Shown: positions 1 to 8,691 of the stretch, piece by piece
Position numbering within the stretch: position 1 is the first letter of the stretch
Layout of the letters: the number at the start of each line of letters is the position of its first letter
NCBI GenBank assembly: GCA_965261085.1
Contig: OZ253442.1
Span: 4,032,001-4,096,000, forward strand
Length of the DNA stretch: 64,000 bases
Reading direction: 5' to 3'
DNA from: a bacterium
GTDB taxonomy: Bacteria > UBA8248
Notes under the pieces: model-generated
What the model saw: only the letters and a program-made list of their open reading frames with translations
Database searches by the model: none
What the model was told of the DNA's origin: nothing
Position numbers and translations under genes: made by a program

Positions 1-194
<194 letters not shown>

Positions 195-251
195 TCATTC
201 CTCTCAAGATAACAGATGGATTCATTCGGTATAAATCCCTTCACGTCTGAA

Positions 252-1643
252 TCAACCCAACCTCTCGCCCGCGTAGGCCTCCATACCGTGCTCTGAGATG
301 TCGAGACCAGCCGATTCATCCTCGGCGGAAACGCGCACACCCATCACGGCTTTCACCGCTTGCCAAAGGATGAAGGATAAGACGAAAGTGAAGACACCGA
401 CCGCGATAACACCCGTAAGTTGTTTGATGAAGAGCCCAGCACCTCCGCCATAGAACAAACCGACGACTCCCTTGTCAATGGAAGGTGCGGCGAATAAACC
501 GAGCGCCAGCGTGCCGAAGATGCCGCATACCAAGTGAACCGAAACGGCACCGACCGGATCGTCTATCTTGATCTTGTCGAGGAACGGAACCGCAACACAG
601 ACGATGACGCCCGCGGCCAGACCAATAATCACCGCCCCCAGCGGAGTAACATTGGCGCATGGCGCCGTGATGGCGACCAGACCCGCGAGCGCGCCGTTCA
701 CGCTCATGGAAAGATCGGCCTTGCCGAACATGACCCGCGACGTAAGGCTCGAAGCCACGACGCCCGCCGAAGCGGCGAGGTTCGTCGTTACGGCGATGCG
801 CGCGATGGCGCCTGCGTCGGCGGCCATGGTGCTGCCCGGGTTAAACCCGAACCATCCGAGCCATAAGATGAATCCGCCCAATGTGACGAGCGGCATGTTG
901 TGGCCGGGAATCGGTTGCATGCGGCCATCGGACGTATACTTCCCGAGCCGGGGACCGAGAACGATGATTCCGGCGAGCCCCGCCCAGCCTCCAACAGAGT
1001 GGACCACGGTCGAACCGGCGAAATCGAGAAAACCCATTCCTCCCAACCAGCCGCCACCCCAAATCCAGTGGCCCTGGATGGGATAAATAATGGCGACGAG
1101 GAGGAAGCTGAAGATCATGAACGAGGAGAACTTGATGCGCTCGGCCACACAGCCAGAAACGATGGTCGCTGCCGTCGCCGCAAAAACGAGCTGGAAGAAA
1201 AATTTTGCATATAACGGCACGCCCGTCCAATTAAGGGATGAGAAAACGCCCTTGTACGCATCACCCGTGGCCGGGCTGTTGTCCACCCCAGACAGGAGAA
1301 ACCCATTCGTTCCGAATATCGAACTGCCGTCACCGAACATGAGGGCGAAGCCCAATATCCAAAACGCCAGGGACGAGACCGCTACGACACCGAAATTCTT
1401 ATAGAGAATGGCGACGGTGTTCTTCGCGCGACAAAGCCCCGATTCGAGCATCGCGAAACCCGCGTGCATAAAAAACACCAGAAAACCAGCCACCATTACC
1501 CAAACAGTGTCCGCCGCGACTTGTAAATTCGCGAGGCTCTTGGCCATGGCCTTGACATCCTGCGCCCAGCCGCTGCCGGCGAAAGATAAAACCCCCATGG
1601 CGAAGACCAACGTTGCCGTAATGTAGAGATTCCTTCTTCTCAT
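252..1643 (-). CDS. amtB: Ammonium transporter
   Basis: Motifs DFAGSTVVH, GWFGFN, NGALAGLVAIT and DDPVGAVSVH; signal peptide plus multiple TM helices; adjacent to the P-II gene. Confidence 0.97.
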   Translation of the reverse strand: MRRRNLYITATLVFAMGVLSFAGSGWAQDVKAMAKSLANLQVAADTVWVMVAGFLVFFMHAGFAMLESGLCRAKNTVAILYKNFGVVAVSSLAFWILGFALMFGDGSSIFGTNGFLLSGVDNSPATGDAYKGVFSSLNWTGVPLYAKFFFQLVFAATAATIVSGCVAERIKFSSFMIFSFLLVAIIYPIQGHWIWGGGWLGGMGFLDFAGSTVVHSVGGWAGLAGIIVLGPRLGKYTSDGRMQPIPGHNMPLVTLGGFILWLGWFGFNPGSTMAADAGAIARIAVTTNLAASAGVVASSLTSRVMFGKADLSMSVNGALAGLVAITAPCANVTPLGAVIIGLAAGVIVCVAVPFLDKIKIDDPVGAVSVHLVCGIFGTLALGLFAAPSIDKGVVGLFYGGGAGLFIKQLTGVIAVGVFTFVLSFILWQAVKAVMGVRVSAEDESAGLDISEHGMEAYAGERLG

Positions 1644-1889
1644 ACCCCCTCCTCCGATAAGTTATGGCTATTTTCGAGAATTTACATTCCTAAAGCATCA
1701 TCCTATTTTGTAGGCGAGAAGTATTTCGAGATCGTTTCGACCGTATTACCCGAAAGTTAATAATGCCCACCCCATACCACACCACCTCTGTTTGACAGGC
1801 AGTGTCGAGCGTGTTAGTAATTCCGAAAATTCAACAAAATCTATTCAGAACCAACCCTTTCCAAGAATGCATCCATTCAAGGAGAAACA

Positions 1890-2333
1890 ATGCCTTCAAA
1901 ACAAAAACCCAAGATTCCCGCGAGAGCCCTCAAACGCGGCACGGAACTGTGGACCAAGGAATTTACAGAGCGAATCGGTCATGACATGGCCGAATGGGCG
2001 GATGAGGAATTCATGGAGCTGTTCATGAATTTCTGCTATGGCGGGCTTTATGACCGGGACGTCCTGCCTCAAAAAACCAGGGAGCTTTGCGCCGTGGCCG
2101 CATGCGTCATGGCCAACGCGCATCCACAACTGCGCACCCATATTCAAGCAGCGTGGAACTGCGGGGCGACGAAACGACAGATCATGGAAGTCATTATCCA
2201 GATGGCCATCTACTGCGGGATGCCCTATATGCTTCAGGCGGCTCGAATCGCCGCGAACGAGGTTTTCCCCTTGCTCAAACGCGGAGAAAAAGCCGCTGCC
2301 CCGCCACCGGGTCTGAAACTGAAAGAGGAGTAA
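1890..2333 (+). CDS. Carboxymuconolactone decarboxylase (CMD/AhpD-like) family protein
   Basis: Pattern R..L..KTREL...AA...QLRTHIQAAWNCGAT..QIMEVIIQMAIYCGMP; AAGGAG RBS. Confidence 0.85.
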   Translation: MPSKQKPKIPARALKRGTELWTKEFTERIGHDMAEWADEEFMELFMNFCYGGLYDRDVLPQKTRELCAVAACVMANAHPQLRTHIQAAWNCGATKRQIMEVIIQMAIYCGMPYMLQAARIAANEVFPLLKRGEKAAAPPPGLKLKEE

Positions 2334-2396
2334 CCCGAAACCACGGGCGCCGGACGGCGCCAAACCCAAAATCAAATTCGTGAGGAGTAATTTCTA

Positions 2397-3173
2397 ATGG
2401 CCCGTAGAATTGTAGATTTGAGCGTTCCCCTGCAAAACGCGCCCATGGAGAACAACCCGGCCGCCATCCAGTACGTGAACCACACAGAACTCGGGCGCAT
2501 GCGAGCCAAATCATACGGATTTCCAGACACCAGCTATTTTCCGGACCACATGCACTGCGCAACTGAAAACATCACGGCCATCAGCACGCACAGCGGCACA
2601 CATCTTGATTCCCCTTACCACTACGGCCCCGAATGTGAAGGGAACCTCTCGAAAACAATCGACCTTGTTCCCCTCGAATGGTGCGTAAGCGATGGAGTCG
2701 TCCTCGATTTTCATGACGCCGAGCGCGGCCACAACATCACGCTGGAGGAGACACAGCAGAAAGTGGCGGGCCTCGAAGAGAAAGGCTATTCACTCAAGCC
2801 GATGGACATCGTCCTCATCCGCACCGATCACACCACGAAATATCTCTACACCCCCGATTTTGAACAAACCCATCCCGGCATGAGCGTCGACGCTACAGAA
2901 TGGCTAGTGGATCAGGGAATCAAAGTGATGGGAATAGACGCATGGGGTTTTGACATTCCCGTCTCCAAGATGACGGAACTTAGACGTCAGGGAAACACGA
3001 AAGATTTCTTCGGCAGTCATTTCCTGGGCCGCAAAAAAGAATACATCCATGCGGAAAAACTCATGAATCTCGACAAAATCCCCGAATTCGGATTCACCGT
3101 CTCGATGCTCCCCATCAAGATAGAGCGAGCGAGCGGAGCCTGGTGCCGGGCGGTGGCCATCATTGACGATTAG
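2397..3173 (+). CDS. Metal-dependent cyclase family / kynurenine formamidase-like hydrolase
   Basis: N-terminal IVDLS, HSGTHLDSP metal motif, HPG, GID and C-terminal RAVAI. Confidence 0.9.
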   Translation: MARRIVDLSVPLQNAPMENNPAAIQYVNHTELGRMRAKSYGFPDTSYFPDHMHCATENITAISTHSGTHLDSPYHYGPECEGNLSKTIDLVPLEWCVSDGVVLDFHDAERGHNITLEETQQKVAGLEEKGYSLKPMDIVLIRTDHTTKYLYTPDFEQTHPGMSVDATEWLVDQGIKVMGIDAWGFDIPVSKMTELRRQGNTKDFFGSHFLGRKKEYIHAEKLMNLDKIPEFGFTVSMLPIKIERASGAWCRAVAIIDD

Positions 3174-3287
3174 CACGTATCTCTATGAGGTCGAGCCCGG
3201 CGCAGTAGAGTGACTTCTCAAGAAAATATGGTAATATCTCTCGCATAAAACAGTAGTGCGGAAGCCAAAACCTAGAGGAGTTGTTCG

Positions 3288-3485
3288 ATGGCTTTACATG
3301 AGAGCGCAGTGAATCAAGAAATCGTATCAAGTGGTCTCATCCGGCGCATGGAGGCCGTCAAGCCGGCCGTATTGGCGATCGTTTTCGGCATCTTTATCCT
3401 CTACGGCGTGGGCTTCGCCCAACCGCAGCTTTTACATGACGCCGCCCACGACACCCGGCATGCATTCGCCTTCCCCTGCCACTAA
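3288..3485 (+). CDS. cbtB: Cobalt transporter subunit CbtB
   Basis: One TM helix followed by HDAAHDTRHAFAFPCH, the CbtB C-terminal signature; GAGGAG RBS. Confidence 0.9.
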   Translation: MALHESAVNQEIVSSGLIRRMEAVKPAVLAIVFGIFILYGVGFAQPQLLHDAAHDTRHAFAFPCH

Positions 3486-3516
3486 CAAGCCGGGGTAACA
3501 CTTCGCCAGACGATAG

Positions 3517-3547
3517 ACGGCGCCTTTTCCCGAGGCGCCGTTTTTTT
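3517..3547 (+). terminator. Rho-independent terminator after cbtB
   Basis: ACGGCGCCT-loop-AGGCGCCGT stem followed by a T7 run. Confidence 0.75.
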
Positions 3548-3557
3548 GAGGAACCGG

Positions 3558-3908
3558 ATGTCCCAGGATAATACGGACCATAGGCCTTGGGGATATTTCT
3601 CTGTATTGGCTGATGAGGTGGACCACAAGGTCAAGCGGATAGTGGTTCAGTCGGGACATCGCCTCAGCCTGCAGCGTCACATGCACAGATCGGAGCACTG
3701 GTACGCCATATCCGGAGAGGCCATCGTCATCCGCGAAGAAGAAGAAATCGCATTTTCCGCCGGGCAATGTATGGATATCCCCCGAAGGGCATGGCATCGG
3801 GTTCAAAACAAAACAGACGCACCCTTCATTTTCATCGAAGTGCAAACCGGCGCCTACTTCGGTGAAGACGACATCGAACGACGTGAAGATGATTACGGAA
3901 GAGTTTGA
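3558..3908 (+). CDS. Cupin, mannose-6-phosphate isomerase type II C-terminal domain (stand-alone)
   Basis: RPWG, LSLQRH.HRSEHW and IEVQTG.Y.GEDDIER.EDDYGR; ATG at 3558 preceded by GAGG. Confidence 0.9.
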   Translation: MSQDNTDHRPWGYFSVLADEVDHKVKRIVVQSGHRLSLQRHMHRSEHWYAISGEAIVIREEEEIAFSAGQCMDIPRRAWHRVQNKTDAPFIFIEVQTGAYFGEDDIERREDDYGRV

Positions 3909-3930
3909 GAAAATCTCCTCAAAGAACAGA

Positions 3931-3959
3931 AAACACCCCCACCGCATGTGGGGGTGTTT
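3931..3959. terminator. Hairpin between convergent genes (likely bidirectional terminator)
   Basis: AAACACCCCCAC-cgcat-GTGGGGGTGTTT perfect stem. Confidence 0.7.
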
Positions 3960-3990
3960 GTGCTCACGTCGAGACAAATTCGCCTGAAGG

Positions 3991-5190
3991 CTAGCCTTTG
4001 CGAAGCTGCTCCAGCGCAACGGCCAAACGCTCGACGCCGCGTTCGCATTCTTCCGTCGAGCAAGAATAGGCGATTCTGAGGTATCCTTCGCCACCAAAAA
4101 CAGCACCGTTCACCGTGGCGATGGCGTGCTCATTCAGAAGATAGTCCGCCACCTCGCCCGAGGTTTCCCCAAAGACCTTCACGTTCGGGAACGCATAGAA
4201 CGCGCCCGTGGGTTCAGCCAGAGTGACGCCTTCTATCGCGCGCAGACCATCGGATATCACACGTCGCCGTTTGTCGAATTCGAGCGTCATCGCCTCCATG
4301 GGCGCCTGATCCTCAAGCACGCCACGCACCGCGCCATGTTGAATGAACGTGTTGACGCACACGGTGGTGTATTGACGGATCTTTAACAGGTGGCGGGTGA
4401 GCTCTGGGCTCGCCACCGTCCAACCGAGACGCCAGCCGTCCATGCTGTAGAATTTGGAAAACCCGTTGATGATCACCGTGCGCTCCGCCATGCCGGGTTG
4501 CGAGAAAATACTTGGGGCGCATGGTGCACCGTCGTAGTATATGCGTGCATATATCTCATCACTCATCACCATGAAATTGCGTCGCACCGCCAGTTCCGCG
4601 ATTTTCGCGAGTTCAGATTCAGGAATCGTGCAGCCCGTGGGGTTGCCGGGCGAAGTGAGGCACACGAGTTTCGTCTTGGGCGTCAAAACCGCCTCGATGT
4701 CCTCGGCGCGCAATGCGAAATCGTTCTCTTCTTTCGTCATCACCTCGACGGGAACGCCGCCCGCCAACGCCGTGCAGGATTTATAATGATGCCAATTCGG
4801 CTGCGCGATGATCACCTCATCGCCGGGGTTGACCAGAGCCAACATGGAAACCATGATGCCCTCGTTCGCCCCCGCCATGACAATCACCTGCGTATCGGGG
4901 TTCACCTCTACGCCGGTGTCGATTTCCATTCTGTATGCAATGCCCTTCCGCAGAGCGGGAACCCCCGTACTGGGAGCGTAGTGTACGTCGCCGCGAGAGA
5001 GAGAATCGGCGGCTCCATGTTTGATGTGCTCGGGCGTATCGAAATCCGTGCGGCCGATCTGCCAGTGGATGACGTCGCGCCCCTCGGCTTCGAGCTTCGC
5101 CACGGCGTCGAATACCTTGCGAATGCCCGAAAAGGGAATTTCTTCCAAGCGATCCGCGCCCACGGCCTGGGCGTCAAAAGCAGCAACCAT
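3991..5190 (-). CDS. PLP-dependent aminotransferase class I/II (aspartate aminotransferase-like)
   Basis: PGNPTG, SDEIY, GFSKFYSMDGWRLG (PLP lysine), GAFY and YLRIAY. Confidence 0.93.
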   Translation of the reverse strand: MVAAFDAQAVGADRLEEIPFSGIRKVFDAVAKLEAEGRDVIHWQIGRTDFDTPEHIKHGAADSLSRGDVHYAPSTGVPALRKGIAYRMEIDTGVEVNPDTQVIVMAGANEGIMVSMLALVNPGDEVIIAQPNWHHYKSCTALAGGVPVEVMTKEENDFALRAEDIEAVLTPKTKLVCLTSPGNPTGCTIPESELAKIAELAVRRNFMVMSDEIYARIYYDGAPCAPSIFSQPGMAERTVIINGFSKFYSMDGWRLGWTVASPELTRHLLKIRQYTTVCVNTFIQHGAVRGVLEDQAPMEAMTLEFDKRRRVISDGLRAIEGVTLAEPTGAFYAFPNVKVFGETSGEVADYLLNEHAIATVNGAVFGGEGYLRIAYSCSTEECERGVERLAVALEQLRKG

Positions 5191-5507
5191 CTAGAATCTC
5201 CTTACGAATGAAAATGACAATAAAAACAATAATTCCAAAGCACTGAAAACCGCAATTGAGGTCGCCCGTTATAGCTTTTGAGGCTTGAAGGCGCAATAGA
5301 GTTCTCGCCCTAGATTCCCCACGATATCAACCAGCTACTTTCTGTTTTTTCGAGTTTGATATGGAGTCAGCAATTCATGGCGAGCAGGGGTGAGATCTAA
5401 GGCTACTGGTCTCATGATTGACCAACTCGCGTGTTATACTTTTGTGTCCTGGCAGCATCTTGCCACCAGCGGGTAGAGTGTTGCCGTCTATCCGACTGTC
5501 CGGAAAC

Positions 5508-6296
5508 CTAGAGCAAATCCCCTTGCAGGACGGTCACGGCCTTACCCCCCAAGACGATGCGATCTCCCAGAATTCTAATGCGCACCACTCCACCTCTCGC
5601 GGAGGCCTGACAGGCCGTGAGTTCTTCTTTTTTGAAGCGCCTCGCCCAGAATGGTCCCAGGCAACAATGAGCAGAACCCGTCACCGGGTCCTCGTTTACG
5701 CCAACTCCGGGTGCGAAAAAACGAGAGACGAAATCGTACTCAGGATCATCCGCTTGCGCCGTGACAATGCAGCCGCGCATGGAAACTGTCTGAAGAAGCT
5801 GAAAATCTGGCTCCAGTGCCCTGATCGCCGCCTCCGACTCGGCTTCCACCAAGTAATCGAATTCGCTTTTCCCCACATAGCGAGGCATAAGACCGAGACC
5901 TTCCACCAAGGCCTCAGGAGGCGTGGCGGGTGATTCCCGGGTAATGGGAAAATTCATTTCTATCCATTCATCTTTCTGCTCACAGGTCAAAACCCCGCTT
6001 TTCGTGTGAAAGATGACCGTCTCATCGGAACCGAGATGCCCCCCCTCCCAAAGAACATGGGCGCTCGCAAGCGTTGCATGGCCGCAAAGGTCCACTTCAC
6101 TCACGGGTGTGAACCAGCGCAGGCCGTAGCCATCTTCTTGTTCCACCACAAAAGCGGTTTCAGAGAGATTCATCTCTCCCGCCACGCGCTGCATCCATTG
6201 CGCATCCACTTGCGCCGGGAGGATGCAGACAGCGGCCGGATTGCCCGAGAAGGGCGTATCGGTAAAAGCATCCACCTGGACGATGGGAAATGACAT
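5508..6296 (-). CDS. PhzF-family isomerase/epimerase
   Basis: VDAFT..PFSGNPAAV, NLSETAF, EVDLCGHATLA and EDPVTGSAHC. Confidence 0.95.
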   Translation of the reverse strand: MSFPIVQVDAFTDTPFSGNPAAVCILPAQVDAQWMQRVAGEMNLSETAFVVEQEDGYGLRWFTPVSEVDLCGHATLASAHVLWEGGHLGSDETVIFHTKSGVLTCEQKDEWIEMNFPITRESPATPPEALVEGLGLMPRYVGKSEFDYLVEAESEAAIRALEPDFQLLQTVSMRGCIVTAQADDPEYDFVSRFFAPGVGVNEDPVTGSAHCCLGPFWARRFKKEELTACQASARGGVVRIRILGDRIVLGGKAVTVLQGDLL

Positions 6297-6322
6297 GGGG
6301 TCTTCTCGCGGAAAATAACGGG

Positions 6323-6793
6323 TCAGAATCGTTTGATGACGTCGCCCGCGCGAATGGCGCCTTCGCTTAAAACCTGCGCGTTCAGCCCCGAGCGGTTTAT
6401 CAGGGCATCATGTAATCCATCTATACCCAACAGATTTTCGAAATACTTGCATGGCTCGTTCAGGCGAACGCCGCGCATCCGCACGTCACCCACCTGAAAT
6501 TCCACGCCCACCAGGTGATTGAGCGGAACGCCTCGCGTCACGATGTTTCTCCTGCTCTGGCCCGCGTCGAGTTGGATGTCGTGATCGCGCGCAAGCGCTT
6601 CGATGGCTTCTATTTCGATGAGCGTCACTTCCCGATCCGGCCCCTGTTTTTTGGAATACGTGCCCACACCCTCGGCATAGCGGTCTCCCGCCAGGCCGGA
6701 CCCTATGCACGCCTGCGCCTGGGCGATCTCCATCATGGGTTCACCGCCCACCGAGGCGATGTGAACCGAGACAACCTCTCCCTTAAAAGTCAT
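6323..6793 (-). CDS. MOSC domain protein
   Basis: GLAGDRY, R.VTLIE.E, RRNIVTRG and EPC; ATG at 6793 overlaps the upstream stop (ATGA). Confidence 0.9.
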   Translation of the reverse strand: MTFKGEVVSVHIASVGGEPMMEIAQAQACIGSGLAGDRYAEGVGTYSKKQGPDREVTLIEIEAIEALARDHDIQLDAGQSRRNIVTRGVPLNHLVGVEFQVGDVRMRGVRLNEPCKYFENLLGIDGLHDALINRSGLNAQVLSEGAIRAGDVIKRF

Positions 6794-7032
6794 GCTTTCA
6801 CATGCTCCCCGATGAGATTGACCGCTTCTTCTTCCGTGGGAAAAGCGCCCGAGTCGAGTTTCGACCACAAAAGCTCGCCATCAAGCACCAACTCGAAGGA
6901 GCCGACGCGAAAATTTCCGTCCTCGTTTCCGGCAATTTCCATGTCCGGGAAATGTTTTTTCAAATCCTGAGCCAACTGCTCATAGCGAGGCCCGTAGTTT
7001 CACTTCTGGCAATACTCAACGTGAAGTTTCAT
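6790..7032 (-). CDS. Rdx/SelW-SelT-SelH family selenoprotein (CxxU), 80 aa
   Basis: From ATG at 7032: MKLHVEYCQK-TGA(7000-7002)-NYGPRYEQLAQDLKKHFP...RVGSFELVLDGELLWSKLDSGAFP. EYCxxU, GSFE and SKL..G.FP are Rdx hallmarks; GGAGAGAGGA RBS upstream. Confidence 0.88.
6968..6982 (-). promoter_or_regulatory. Candidate bacterial SECIS hairpin
   Basis: On the minus strand TGAGC-AGTTG-GCTCA; the loop starts 22 nt after the in-frame UGA and has G at loop position 2 followed by U. Confidence 0.6.
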
Positions 7033-7240
7033 TCATCCTCTCTCCCGTAGGAAAACAAAAGTTGGCAAGCACTCTTATCATAGAAGAATTGGGGCGCGAG
7101 GAGAAGGGAGGAAAGAGACAAAACCCTCAAAACAGATTTCCCGCACACCCATCAGCCCACGAAACTCCACGCGGCTTGACTAATTCACCGACACAAGAGA
7201 AAAAACTCCCCAATTTCCAAAGAGAATTCAAGGAGAAGAA

Positions 7241-8644
7241 ATGGCTGGAATCACCCGAGTAGGAGCATATATACCCTTTCATCGCCTGGCCGGAGAAACC
7301 GTACGGGCCGTATGGGGAACCGGCAGTCCAAAGGCGTCGCGCCCGTTGGCCGGTTTTGACGAAGACCCCATCACCATGGGGGTGGAGGCGTTAATCAACG
7401 CCACGGGCTGGGGCGATTCCCAGGTCGATTCGCTCTATTTCGCCTCTACGTCACACCCTTACGCCGAAAAATCAAACGCTTCCGTTCTCGCCGCAGCGGC
7501 GGATTTACCCGAAAAACTCTTCACCCTGGATGCCGGTGGCTCTGTGCGCGCAGGCACATCCGCGCTCAAAGCCGCTTGTGACGCCATAGAAGCAGGCTCC
7601 TCCAGAGCGGCGGCCGTGGTGGCGGCGGAAAAAAGGCCCTCGCTGCCTGGAAGCCCCGATGAACTCAGCCTTTGCGACGGCGCGGCGGCGGTGTTGCTGG
7701 GTAAAGGAGACGACGGCGCGGCGGAGATCGAGGCGATTTATTCATGGTCTGAGGATTTCATCGACAGGTGGCGGCTGCCCGGCGAGGGAGCCGTCTCCGC
7801 CGGCGACGCCAAATTCATCCAGGACTACGGTTATGTGCGCCAGAGCGTCGCCACCGTCGAGGGATTGCTCAAACAAACAGGCGCCACGATAGAAGACATC
7901 GCGCGCGTGCTGGTCTACGCCCCGGACCCCCGCACGCATGCGGCAATAACCAGAAAACTGGGTTTTCCCGACTCGGCTTATCCCGAACAACCGCTCATCG
8001 CGCGCCTCGGGGATTCCGGAGCGGCGGCGCCTCTGCTCTCTCTCGTCGATGCGCTCCAAAGCGCGGAACCTGGTGAGCACATCATCGTCGCGGGTCACGG
8101 AAGCGGGGGGGAAGCCATCCTGCTCCGGGCGACGGATAAGGTCCATTCCCTGAGAACGCAGCGGGGAGTCGGCTGGTCTGTCGAGCGCGCACGCGACATC
8201 CCGAATTACGGCCAATGGCTCAAATTCAGAGGCTTATCCCCCGAGGAGGAAATCAAACCCTTCTCCTCGCCCAGTATCCTTTGGAAAGAAAACAGGGCGA
8301 CCATGCGCTTGATGGCCGGGGTTTGCCGCTCATGCGGAGAGCTTCAGTATCCCCGCCAGCAAGTCTGCAACGCTTGCGGCGCGCGGGGCGAGTGGGATGA
8401 GCGAAAACTGAGCCGCAAGGGCAAAATCTTCACCTTCGTACACGATTATCTGCCCCCATCACCTGAGGGCTTCATCACGATGGCCACGGTGGAACTCGAG
8501 GGCGGCGGGCGCTTTTACGGCCAGATGACGAATCAGGTGAAAGACGATGTCCATATCGGCATGGAGTGTGAACTCGCTTTCAGGCTTCTCCATCAGGGCA
8601 ATGGGTATTATAATTACTTCTGGAAACTGCGCCCTGCCGAATAG
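7241..8644 (+). CDS. HMG-CoA synthase-like domain fused to DUF35 (Zn-ribbon + OB-fold)
   Basis: N-terminal GI...GAYIP, DED.ITM, DGAAA, GDSGAA and GHGSG; C-terminal CRSCG...CNACG and OB fold ending YFWK. The catalytic Cys position reads GSVRAGT. Confidence 0.85.
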   Translation: MAGITRVGAYIPFHRLAGETVRAVWGTGSPKASRPLAGFDEDPITMGVEALINATGWGDSQVDSLYFASTSHPYAEKSNASVLAAAADLPEKLFTLDAGGSVRAGTSALKAACDAIEAGSSRAAAVVAAEKRPSLPGSPDELSLCDGAAAVLLGKGDDGAAEIEAIYSWSEDFIDRWRLPGEGAVSAGDAKFIQDYGYVRQSVATVEGLLKQTGATIEDIARVLVYAPDPRTHAAITRKLGFPDSAYPEQPLIARLGDSGAAAPLLSLVDALQSAEPGEHIIVAGHGSGGEAILLRATDKVHSLRTQRGVGWSVERARDIPNYGQWLKFRGLSPEEEIKPFSSPSILWKENRATMRLMAGVCRSCGELQYPRQQVCNACGARGEWDERKLSRKGKIFTFVHDYLPPSPEGFITMATVELEGGGRFYGQMTNQVKDDVHIGMECELAFRLLHQGNGYYNYFWKLRPAE

Positions 8645-8691
8645 GGCTTCGTCTTTCCCGAGGAAAGACATCTTTTTTCAAGGAGTTGGAC

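Noticed and set aside
5191-5507. Intergenic region as tRNA/sRNA or promoter (TTGACC...TATACT)
   Set aside because: No cloverleaf, and the spacing between the boxes is only 11 nt.
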